Assembly (NCBI GenBank): GCA_041653695.1
Contig: JBAZEV010000002.1
Coordinates: 1 to 50,528, forward strand
Direction: 5' to 3'
DNA length: 50,528 bases
Origin: Candidatus Bathyarchaeia archaeon
GTDB taxonomy: Archaea > Thermoproteota > Bathyarchaeia > Bathyarchaeales > Bathyarchaeaceae
The position numbers and the translations under genes were made by a program. The notes beneath the pieces are model-generated. The model ran no database searches. It saw only the letters and a list, made by a program, of their open reading frames with translations, and was not told where the DNA came from. Shown piece after piece: positions 1-8,071 of this stretch (positions are counted from its first letter, which is position 1; the number at the start of each line of letters is the position of its first letter).

Positions 1-960
1 TGTGAGATGAACTGTGTATACTCCAACACTGGCATCGGTCAACTTGAAGCAGTCTGTGAAAAAACTCCAACTGTTTATGTTAAAACGAATGCCCCGCAGG
101 TTTTAGACCGCGAACTATCTACCGTGAAGACCCGCGGCGTACTGAGTATGGGCGTTGCCACTGATGTTTATCAGGCTGCGGAAGAAAAATTTCAGGTTAC
201 CCGTCAGCTTTTAGAGGTAATGCGGGACCACCGTTGCCCTTTTGCGTTGGGTACTAAATCTGACCTTATTCTTCGGGACTTGGACGTTATTTCTGAGGCA
301 GCAAAAAATGTTTGGTGTTGTGTTTCGTTGAGTATTGCTACGCTTGACGAAAAATTGGCACAGTTGCTGGAACCAAATGCTTCGCCTCCAAAAGACAGGT
401 TAAATGCGGTGAAAAAACTTGCAGACGCTGGTGTGATGGTTGGTATTTGGGCTGCGCCTCTGCTTCCATATGTTACTGATACAAACCAAAACATGTCAGA
501 TGTTATCGAGTCTGCTGTGGCAAACGGCGCAAAATTTGTGCTTGGTGTAAGCACGGATTCGCGGAACCCGGTTCGTTTTAAACAGTTTTTGGACCAAAAC
601 TTTCCACAGTTGGTTTCAAAATATGAACGTTTGTACAGCGGGGTTGAACGTTCTGGGGGCGGGTTTCAAACATATTATCCTGACGAGGCTTACTTGTATG
701 ACTTGTATAAGCGGTTTGTTTCAGTTTGTCAACAGTATAATGTTCAACATTATATCCCCCATTTTCACACCCGCAGACAAGCATGGCTGTTTTTCCTGCG
801 CAACTTTGGGCACTTCAAGGGAACACCCGCGTTTGAGGCAACTCAGCTTCTTAACTACCTTTCTCCATCTAAGGAGTTACTTCAAACAGTTCGCATCCGT
901 GCTAAGAATAATCAATTAACCAATAGTTTTCTCAAAGTAATGGGCTATTTTCCTCACTAA
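1..960 (+). CDS. radical SAM protein, SplB-like (COG1533-type); 5' end lies outside the window
   Basis: The ORF is open to the window edge. The first residues, CEMNCVYS, sit where the CX3CX2C cluster motif of this family lies. The body shows the TKSDLILRDLD and EPNASPPKDRL signatures typical of the family. Confidence 0.6.
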   Translation, partial: CEMNCVYSNTGIGQLEAVCEKTPTVYVKTNAPQVLDRELSTVKTRGVLSMGVATDVYQAAEEKFQVTRQLLEVMRDHRCPFALGTKSDLILRDLDVISEAAKNVWCCVSLSIATLDEKLAQLLEPNASPPKDRLNAVKKLADAGVMVGIWAAPLLPYVTDTNQNMSDVIESAVANGAKFVLGVSTDSRNPVRFKQFLDQNFPQLVSKYERLYSGVERSGGGFQTYYPDEAYLYDLYKRFVSVCQQYNVQHYIPHFHTRRQAWLFFLRNFGHFKGTPAFEATQLLNYLSPSKELLQTVRIRAKNNQLTNSFLKVMGYFPH

Positions 961-1227
961 CTCTGGAATTTGTTTTTATTGGGGAACCTGTGGTTGTATT
1001 AATCGTATAATTTAGAGTTGTCTAATTTATACGCAATTATGGTTTAAAAATAAATTTCACTGGAAAAAATGTGCTTTTAGCTGAATGCTTCCACATTATA
1101 TTGAATCATTGCACCTTTTTTGGAAAAAAGCATAAATAGTGCCTGCCTTCCTAACTTAAACCACATCGTGATCGAGAACCAAATTTTTGGTACTCGCCAC
1201 GAGGCAAAAAACAAAAAAGTGAAAAAA

Positions 1228-4200
1228 ATGCAAAACAAAAAAAACCTCTATTCAGTAATAACTATCGCAATTTTAATTTCAATATTAGCAACTTCTTCAA
1301 TTGTTTACGGTGCAACAATAAACAACTATAACCCAAATGAAGGTACAGTAACAACCACATCTCCCACTTACATGACTTCAGACAATAGCGCATATGCAGC
1401 ATCTGCTGAGTATGGCAACTTATTGAATGAAGCTTATGGCTGGGAGAACCCACACGGTGGTAACATATACAGAACTGGTTTCAACGCAGGACCTGCGCCT
1501 GATAGGCCAGATGTCCTTTTCAAGACATCAAGCGGGTTAGCTATTCCTAAAGTGTTCCTTGGTAGTACACAAGCAACGGATGTAGTAAACCCGTTTGTGA
1601 ACACATTCAGCAGTCCTTCTCCTATCGCAATGGCTGGACAAATAATTCTTTGGGGAAGCATCAGAGTAAACTCTGGTAACTCTACCGCAAGAAACGCTGT
1701 AATCTCAATTAACCCACACACTGGTGCATGCAACTGGGCATCCATCATCGGATATGGACCAACCACTGGTGCAACTAGCGGTTCTAGCATGGCAGGCGCC
1801 GGATACATGTTCAAAGTTGATGATACTCACTTTGCAACAGTTTCTGGTGGACTCTCAATGTTCAGAATTACTGGTGAATTCCTGTGGCGTGATTCTACCG
1901 TTAACCCCAATGCAGTCTATCACAGTATTCTGGGTGTTGGTGAACCAGTCCAAATGGTTTTTGGACCCCACAGTGTCTCTGGTCAATATGTTCCAACCTG
2001 TAGTGGCTGGACCGTAGAAAACCCAGAAACAGACATGGGTGAAGGAAACCGCAAAGTCTTCGATTATATCATGGACGAACCTGGAAACCCAATGCTCAGT
2101 TATGGTGATGGCAAGTTATTGATGGGATCTTACAGCAGTTGTTCAGTATACGCTATTGATATCGCAACAGGTGACAAAGTCTGGGAAACATTCGTAGAAA
2201 CTGCCATGGGTTACATGACCTCCTTTGGTGATGGCAAATTCTTCATCGGAACTCAAAGCATGCACATCTATGCATTGGATTCCGAGGATGGTTCAGTTAT
2301 ATGGCACAATACTGATGGTGTTCGTAACCGAGCATTCAACGTATGGTGCATTAACTACGCCTATGGAAACATCTACCTACACGACCTAGGTTTCGCACGA
2401 ACTGGTGCAGAAAAATGTCTTGACGCTGAAACAGGTAAAATGCTATGGGCATCAACCGCACTCTTTAGCATCGGCTACTACTCAACAGTAGTTGCAGATG
2501 GCAAAGTCTACGGTAACCAAGCAGACGGCTCAACCACAACTGGACGTGAAGCAGACCCAACAGCATTCGCTTGCTGGGATGCATTCACCGGTGAAGTCCT
2601 ATGGAAAGTGAACCAAGCTATTAGCAGCCCAGTAATTGCTTATGGTTGCCTCTACTTCGTGAGTAGTAGCCAATTATGGGCAATGAGCACTGCAGTAGCA
2701 CCCGAAGACTTCAGCATGTGGCGCGGAAGTGTTGAAACACCTAGCGTTGTACTTAGCAAAGGACCTAGTGACATTAGCACTCCTAAATGGGTCTTCACCA
2801 CTGGTGCAGCTGTTATCTCCTCTCCAGTAATATCTGACGGCAAACTATACATCACCTCATGTGACCGCAACGTTTACTGCTTAAACGCATATTCTGGCGA
2901 AGAAATCTGGACATTCCTGACAAACCAACCAAAAATGACCACCTTTGGTAGCACACCTGCCGTAGTAAACGGCAAGGTCGTTGTTGGTCCTGACGACGGC
3001 AACCTATACATCCTAGACGCAGACGACGGCTCAGTACTCAGCACTGTACCTATGGGCACCTACAGACCTGTAGAAGCTTCATTAGGTCAACACAACATCC
3101 GCTCAAGCCCAGTAATCTACAACAACAACATCTACGTAGGCTCACAACACAACGGAATGCTATACTGTGTCTCCCTTAACGGACAAGTACAATGGTCAAC
3201 AGTAATCGCTGACGGCGCACCAATTCTTGGCTCTGTCGGCATTGCTGATAACTACATCTACGTAATGGGTGATGACACAAACTTCTACAAACTTGACATG
3301 AACGGAAACATCATCATGAACTTCCCCATTTCCACCAGTGGAGATAGCTTCTGGTCAGGTTTCTGGGGTGTCAACTCCTATTCGCCAACAATTGACGGTG
3401 ACAGACTATGGCCTGGTGGTACTAACAACAAATTCCGATGCTACAACATAACCGACGGCTCATTAATCTATGAAGGAACTCAACCAAACGTCGCAGGTGA
3501 AACCTCTCACGGTTCATTGCTATATGTGCCAAGCACAGTATTGACTAGCACGGTTAACCAAACATCAGGCGCCACTGTTTCAGGTTCAGGCGGCTTTATC
3601 ATAAGCCAAGCTGGACCTACAGTAGCATGTGCACGCGCTGACAATGGTCTAAACGTCTGGTCTGCTTGGGGTGGCTGGGAAGTTTGGAGTTCACCACTCT
3701 TCGCAGGTATTGGCTCTAGTGCAGTTGTCTACTTTGGTTCTGACAGCTACAGCATTACTGCCCTTGATGCAGCAACTGGAGCACCACTCAGCTGGTACAC
3801 AACTGGTGGTAACATCGTTGGCTCCGCAGCAGTTTGGGATGGTAAGCTATACGTTGGCTCATACGACAACAAAGTCTACTGCTTCGAAGACCACGCAACA
3901 CAAGAGATGACTATCTCTGCTTCAGTTGACACTAACGCAGCTAACGTAGACCAAGACATCACTGTAACTGCTACTCTTACTGGCGTTCCACAAATTGATG
4001 ACATCTACAGCGAAATTGGTGCACCTGCTCCAATTCCACCAATGCCCGACACTGAAATCCTAGTGACATACACTAACCCAGAAGACGTCGAAGCTGAACT
4101 ATCTGCAGTAACCGACAAAACTGGAACCGCAACAGTAACCTTCACAGCTGACATGGCCGGCACATGGAAAGTAATCGCATGGTATATGGGTGAAGATGGA

Positions 4201-4656
4201 CCCGTTTCATCACGCACATATGCATTCAGCGATGAACTAACCCTAAGTGTATCTGAAGGAGAATTACCATCTGCAGAAACATTGATTGCAACTGTTACTC
4301 CTGCAACAACAACACTGAAGCTTGGCGAATCTGTAGTTCTTACAGCTTCTACATCCGGTGGAACAGCTGGCTTCACATACAAGTGGTACCAAATAATCAG
4401 CGGTACTCCTGTTGTGATGTCTGGTGAAACGGCATCAACATTGTTGGTGGCGCCAACCGCAGAAGGAACATATGGATACTATGTTGAAGTAACAGATGCA
4501 GCCGGACAAGTAGATTCAACAGACACTGCACAAGTCAAAATGGGCACAGCAGAAGCCGCAGGCATACCAATGGAATATATCTACGCTATAATCGCTGTCA
4601 TTGCAATCGTCATAATCGTTATCGTAGCATACATGTTGCTGAAAAAGCGCAAATAA
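1228..4656 (+). CDS. cell-surface PQQ-like beta-propeller repeat protein with Ig-like C-terminal domains and a C-terminal TM anchor (paralog 1)
   Basis: ATG at 1228 gives MQNKKNLYSVITIAILISILATSS, a signal/anchor sequence. The body has many (D)GKLY/GKVY...G..Y.LD propeller repeats. The protein ends IPMEYIYAIIAVIAIVIIVIVAYMLLKKRK. The TTG at 1120 in the ORF track only adds a non-hydrophobic leader. Confidence 0.85.
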   Translation: MQNKKNLYSVITIAILISILATSSIVYGATINNYNPNEGTVTTTSPTYMTSDNSAYAASAEYGNLLNEAYGWENPHGGNIYRTGFNAGPAPDRPDVLFKTSSGLAIPKVFLGSTQATDVVNPFVNTFSSPSPIAMAGQIILWGSIRVNSGNSTARNAVISINPHTGACNWASIIGYGPTTGATSGSSMAGAGYMFKVDDTHFATVSGGLSMFRITGEFLWRDSTVNPNAVYHSILGVGEPVQMVFGPHSVSGQYVPTCSGWTVENPETDMGEGNRKVFDYIMDEPGNPMLSYGDGKLLMGSYSSCSVYAIDIATGDKVWETFVETAMGYMTSFGDGKFFIGTQSMHIYALDSEDGSVIWHNTDGVRNRAFNVWCINYAYGNIYLHDLGFARTGAEKCLDAETGKMLWASTALFSIGYYSTVVADGKVYGNQADGSTTTGREADPTAFACWDAFTGEVLWKVNQAISSPVIAYGCLYFVSSSQLWAMSTAVAPEDFSMWRGSVETPSVVLSKGPSDISTPKWVFTTGAAVISSPVISDGKLYITSCDRNVYCLNAYSGEEIWTFLTNQPKMTTFGSTPAVVNGKVVVGPDDGNLYILDADDGSVLSTVPMGTYRPVEASLGQHNIRSSPVIYNNNIYVGSQHNGMLYCVSLNGQVQWSTVIADGAPILGSVGIADNYIYVMGDDTNFYKLDMNGNIIMNFPISTSGDSFWSGFWGVNSYSPTIDGDRLWPGGTNNKFRCYNITDGSLIYEGTQPNVAGETSHGSLLYVPSTVLTSTVNQTSGATVSGSGGFIISQAGPTVACARADNGLNVWSAWGGWEVWSSPLFAGIGSSAVVYFGSDSYSITALDAATGAPLSWYTTGGNIVGSAAVWDGKLYVGSYDNKVYCFEDHATQEMTISASVDTNAANVDQDITVTATLTGVPQIDDIYSEIGAPAPIPPMPDTEILVTYTNPEDVEAELSAVTDKTGTATVTFTADMAGTWKVIAWYMGEDGPVSSRTYAFSDELTLSVSEGELPSAETLIATVTPATTTLKLGESVVLTASTSGGTAGFTYKWYQIISGTPVVMSGETASTLLVAPTAEGTYGYYVEVTDAAGQVDSTDTAQVKMGTAEAAGIPMEYIYAIIAVIAIVIIVIVAYMLLKKRK

Positions 4657-4660
4657 GCGC

Positions 4661-4680
4661 TTCCCCTTTTTCTTTTTTTT
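4661..4680 (+). terminator. oligo-T transcription terminator after PQQ paralog 1
   Basis: The tract ttccccttttt cttttttttt lies directly after the stop codon, as expected for an archaeal poly-T terminator. Confidence 0.5.
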
Positions 4681-4935
4681 AGAAAAAAATTAGTAACGGC
4701 GAAAGAAAAACTGAGTGCTGAGAAGGCTTTGGGACGAGTCCGTATTTGATCACAACGGGGGCGAAGGTTTTTGAGGTTTTTACTCCTTCCCTTTTACGCT
4801 CATCTCATTGCCTCAGCAAAACTCTAGTTTTCGCCTAGGAATAACAAACAAAACAAGTTTGCCCTATAAAAATCTGCTTCCTTTCTCCGCTTTACACTTT
4901 TTTAGCTAATTATTATCAAAAATACTTGAAAGGGA

Positions 4936-5159
4936 TGGTGGGGCCGGCCGGAATTGAACCGACGACCTTTACCCGAAACAGATCATTTTCTGTCCCTACG
5001 GGTTTCTCCTCGCTCCAGAATTTCGTCATCCCATATTCTGGTCAGCAAACCCTTGCTTATTTCTGGAGCCCTTAACGGTTGGCACCGTTTGCCGGTACGA
5101 CTATCGTCATCCCTTTCTAGCGCCCGTCAAAAGACAAGGCGTGGCTAGACTACGGCCCC
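4936..5159 (-). tRNA. tRNA-Trp (anticodon CCA at 5066-5064) with about 147 nt of intervening sequence, modelled as five exons and four introns; CCA end encoded
   Basis: The reverse complement starts GGGGCCGUAGUCUAGCC. It ends AGGUCGUCGGUUCAAUUCCGGCCGGCCCCACCA, giving a 7-bp acceptor stem, a canonical T arm and A73. Predicted exons are 5159-5143, 5114-5103, 5071-5063, 5003-4998 and 4968-4936. Confidence 0.85.
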
Positions 5160-5184
5160 TCCCAACAACATTCAGCAAGTTCCC

Positions 5185-5192
5185 AATATATA
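5185..5192 (-). promoter_or_regulatory. TATA box for the tRNA-Trp gene
   Basis: TATATATT on the minus strand is centred about 29 nt upstream of tRNA position 1 (5159). Confidence 0.45.
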
Positions 5193-5217
5193 CGTTTCTT
5201 GAACATCAAGCGAAACA

Positions 5218-5224
5218 TTAAAAA
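5218..5224 (+). promoter_or_regulatory. TATA box for the 5S rRNA gene
   Basis: TTAAAAA lies about 27 nt upstream of the 5S 5' end, divergent from the tRNA promoter. Confidence 0.4.
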
Positions 5225-5247
5225 GGCAATAGTGATGTTGATATGAA

Positions 5248-5368
5248 GATTGCCGGCCATAGGGCGTGGGATCCACCTGATCCCATTCCGAACTCAGAAG
5301 TTAAACCATGCTCCGTTTCCGGTGCTAGTGTGGTCTTCGGCCACGTGAACCCGGGAAAGCTGGCAATC
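5248..5368 (+). rRNA. 5S ribosomal RNA, not linked to a 16S/23S operon in this window
   Basis: The sequence contains GAUUGCCGGCCAUAGGGCGUGGGAUCCACCUGAUCCCAUUCCGAACUCAGAAGUUAAAC...GGGAAAGCUGGCAAUC. Helix 1 closes between 5248-5257 and 5359-5368, and the CCGAAC / AGUUAAGC-like loop motifs are conserved. Confidence 0.92.
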
Positions 5369-5492
5369 ACTTCTACCTTTTACGTTATTTTTTGTAAATA
5401 TTTTCTGTGTAATTTTACCTTTGATTAGTATTTCTTGAAAATACTCAAAACTTATTACCAACTATGCTGTCTTTGAGTTTGTGTGACTATTG

Positions 5493-6614
5493 ATGAATAC
5501 GATACTTGCAGGACTTTTTGCTGGCGGAGACAATATTGTTTCATGGATTATTCAGTTTGCCTTTATGGGTGTCTTTATTGTTTTCATGTTTTATGGTCAA
5601 CGTTTCCAAATGATGGTGATGATCAGAGACGTTGAAACTAGTCTGAGACGCCTTAAACTCATGAAAGATGATGGCCGAAAAATTGCGTTAGAAACAATAA
5701 AGGAAATAGGTAAACCAGTTGGAGACCCCGCAGAACGGGTTGACCAGTTTTTGGAATATATCGCGATTACTCCGCAGGATATGGATCCTTCAGGTATTGT
5801 CTGGAAGTTGGAGCATGTTCTTGACGTTCAAGAGGCCCGCTTCAAAGATGAAGTTAAATTGATGGCCCCTGAAGCCGATGAAACTCAGTTGAATAACATA
5901 GAAAACACGTTAGAAGCTGCGATGGCACTTCATATGATTTACAAGGTCATACGGCACTTCTATTTGTTGGGCAAAAAAACTATGAGCTTGTATGTTATAA
6001 TGCAGGTTCAGATGGTTTTGCCTCTTATCATGCAACAAGCGGACGCATATTCACAAGCCTTACGTGCATTTGCTCTTGGTCAACCAATCGGTGACGGAGC
6101 TGGGCCATTAGTTGCCGCTAAACTCATGCAGGGCCATGAAACACGCGAAGTAGCCCGAGATGTTGTAGCAGCAACAATCGACATTGAAGGTCGAACTGTT
6201 CATGTTTTGAAGGCAACCGGTCCAGGTGGAAACGTTGGGAAACCAGGCGACGGAATCGTTCAACTGATAAAAGAGAAAAAAGGCAAAATCGCCACAATCA
6301 TAATGGTTGATGCTGCGCTTAAGCTTGAAGGCGAAAAACCTGGTGAAGTTGCAGAGGGTGTAGGTGCAGCTATTGGTGGTCCTGGTGTTGAGCAGTTCAA
6401 AATCGAGGATGAGATACTAAAATACAAGATTCCGATAAACGCTGTTATCGTGAAACAAGACCTTGGCGACGCCGTTTCTCCTATGCGTAAAGAAATCTTC
6501 GAAGCAGCAGACCCTGTAATTGAACGAATAAAACGTTTGATTCTTGAACGCACCCAAAAAGGTGATGACATCATTATAGCTGGAATCGGTAACTCGATAG
6601 GTATTGGGCAGTAG
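5493..6614 (+). CDS. conserved archaeal membrane-anchored protein of unknown function (DUF1512-like)
   Basis: Long ORF with an N-terminal TM helix (IIQFAFMGVFIVFMFYG) and a soluble GPGGNVGKPGDG...AIGGPGVEQF region. The family assignment is from memory only. Confidence 0.45.
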   Translation: MNTILAGLFAGGDNIVSWIIQFAFMGVFIVFMFYGQRFQMMVMIRDVETSLRRLKLMKDDGRKIALETIKEIGKPVGDPAERVDQFLEYIAITPQDMDPSGIVWKLEHVLDVQEARFKDEVKLMAPEADETQLNNIENTLEAAMALHMIYKVIRHFYLLGKKTMSLYVIMQVQMVLPLIMQQADAYSQALRAFALGQPIGDGAGPLVAAKLMQGHETREVARDVVAATIDIEGRTVHVLKATGPGGNVGKPGDGIVQLIKEKKGKIATIIMVDAALKLEGEKPGEVAEGVGAAIGGPGVEQFKIEDEILKYKIPINAVIVKQDLGDAVSPMRKEIFEAADPVIERIKRLILERTQKGDDIIIAGIGNSIGIGQ

Positions 6615-6624
6615 GTGAAAAAAG

Positions 6625-7020
6625 TTGTCTGAAAAAATTAATAATGTACGAAAAATGTCTCCATTTCTTCTGATGATGATTTTGGTAGCGTTTATTTTGT
6701 CGTTGACTTCGCTTTATGTTGCTGTTGACTCTATTGTAGTCCAACAAACTGAGGACCTGAACGCTTACTCGTTTTTGGCTATTGGGTTCTTTGGTTTAGC
6801 ATTATCTGTATACATGTTATTGCAATCCAAAACTTCGACCACAAATATCAACTTTGAACTACCCCATGTTGTAACAACGTTGGAGTGTCCAAAATGTGAC
6901 TTCAAGAACATCCGCGACTTTCAACGAGGCGACTACATATTCAAACAAGAAGGACAATGCCAGAAATGCCAAGAACCGATGAAGATAACCGCGATTTATC
7001 GTGAATCCAAAAAAAAGTAG
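6625..7020 (+). CDS. small membrane protein with a C-terminal zinc ribbon
   Basis: Two predicted TM helices are followed by CPKC...x17...CQKC. The ORF is tightly linked to the upstream gene. The start may instead be the ATG at 6655. Confidence 0.5.
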   Translation: MSEKINNVRKMSPFLLMMILVAFILSLTSLYVAVDSIVVQQTEDLNAYSFLAIGFFGLALSVYMLLQSKTSTTNINFELPHVVTTLECPKCDFKNIRDFQRGDYIFKQEGQCQKCQEPMKITAIYRESKKK

Positions 7021-7031
7021 TTAACCAATTT

Positions 7032-7934
7032 TTAGGTTAACACAACACACCCATCTTTCACTGCCATTATTGTGTACTCTTCTTGTGCAACCAGTTTTCG
7101 GCTTGACTCACCAAAAACGGGGTAACTAATTACAGCTTTAGATGACAACAGTTCAGAAAAAGCTGCTTTGTAGTTGCTAGATTTTGCAAAATCTGATAAC
7201 CAACGCTCTGCAAATGGTAGTGTTTGGAAATTTTTTTTGATGTGATTTAACATTTGTTTGGCGTACGGGTTCTTGAGTGTCTTGTTTTTTTGGTAACGGA
7301 AAATGTATGATTCAGGTAAATCGTTCACTTTTCCATCTGCGTCGGGCAGTGTCACGAAGGGTTCTACTCCGTAGATTTCGCCTTCTTTTATTCTCGATGT
7401 GGAGATGTTAAAGACGTTAGGTAACGACTTTCCTGCGTGTATAGTGTAACGCCTGATTAGGTGTCCCGTCAGGTTTGAAATTGGTTTAAATCCACGAGTT
7501 TTGATGACATTTTGAATTGTATTCCCAAACCTGCTTATTGAAAGTCCAGGCTGCATTATTTCAACTGCTTTTTGCAGGGCTTCTTCTGCGGTGTATACCA
7601 TGTTTTGGTATTCTGGGTCAAAACAAACCGTTGTAGCCGTGTCTGCGATGTAGCCGTCTATGTGGACGCCTATGTCGACTTTTACTAGTGCTTTTTCTGG
7701 GATTGTTTGTTTATCGTTGGGTGGTGAAGTGTAATGTGCCGCAATGTCGTTAACCGAAACGTTGCATGGAAACGCTACTTTGGCTCCTTTTTCACGGGTT
7801 AGCCCTTCCACCTTTTCACAGATGTCTATTATTGGCATTCCTTCTTTGACTGTTTTTTTGATTTCCACTCGGACTTCTCTTGCGATTTTGCCAGCGCGTT
7901 GATATTTTTGTAGCTCTTCTTCAGGAACTGCCAT
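7032..7934 (-). CDS. map: methionine aminopeptidase, type 2 (archaeal)
   Basis: MetAP2 motifs AHYTSPP, DIGVHIDGYIADTATT, HLIRRYTIHAGKSLP and AQEEYTIMV are present. The ATG at 7934 is preferred over the upstream TTG at 7949. Confidence 0.9.
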   Translation of the reverse strand: MAVPEEELQKYQRAGKIAREVRVEIKKTVKEGMPIIDICEKVEGLTREKGAKVAFPCNVSVNDIAAHYTSPPNDKQTIPEKALVKVDIGVHIDGYIADTATTVCFDPEYQNMVYTAEEALQKAVEIMQPGLSISRFGNTIQNVIKTRGFKPISNLTGHLIRRYTIHAGKSLPNVFNISTSRIKEGEIYGVEPFVTLPDADGKVNDLPESYIFRYQKNKTLKNPYAKQMLNHIKKNFQTLPFAERWLSDFAKSSNYKAAFSELLSSKAVISYPVFGESSRKLVAQEEYTIMAVKDGCVVLT

Positions 7935-8071
7935 ACTAATGCACGACAATCATTTACACTGTGGAAGGTTAAAAAGAGTTTAGGCGAAACGCGTTAACTT
8001 GTTTTGTTTTTCTTCCGTAAGCCTTAAACTTGTATAATATACCCGTTTAGCAAAAGGTGTGAACTCAAAAA

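Noticed and set aside
1120-1227. TTG-initiated 36-codon N-terminal extension of PQQ paralog 1
   Set aside because: The extension is hydrophilic and precedes a perfect Met-Lys-rich signal/anchor that starts at the ATG at 1228. Paralog 2 has no such extension.
4954-5148. 64-aa plus-strand ORF
   Set aside because: It lies entirely inside the tRNA-Trp gene and its introns on the opposite strand. The composition is Ser/Leu/Arg-rich, and no start context was seen.
4936-5159. Simpler tRNA models: one long canonical intron, or use of the second GGGAUGACGA copy (5032-5023) as the D arm
   Set aside because: With a single intron, no D stem or anticodon stem can be formed. With the second copy as the D arm, the only downstream loops would be CUGGAGC or UUCUGGA, and neither has a matching 3' stem strand. 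Only the four-intron model gives a complete cloverleaf with all invariant positions.
5243-5428. 61-aa plus-strand ORF
   Set aside because: It is the 5S rRNA sequence read as protein.
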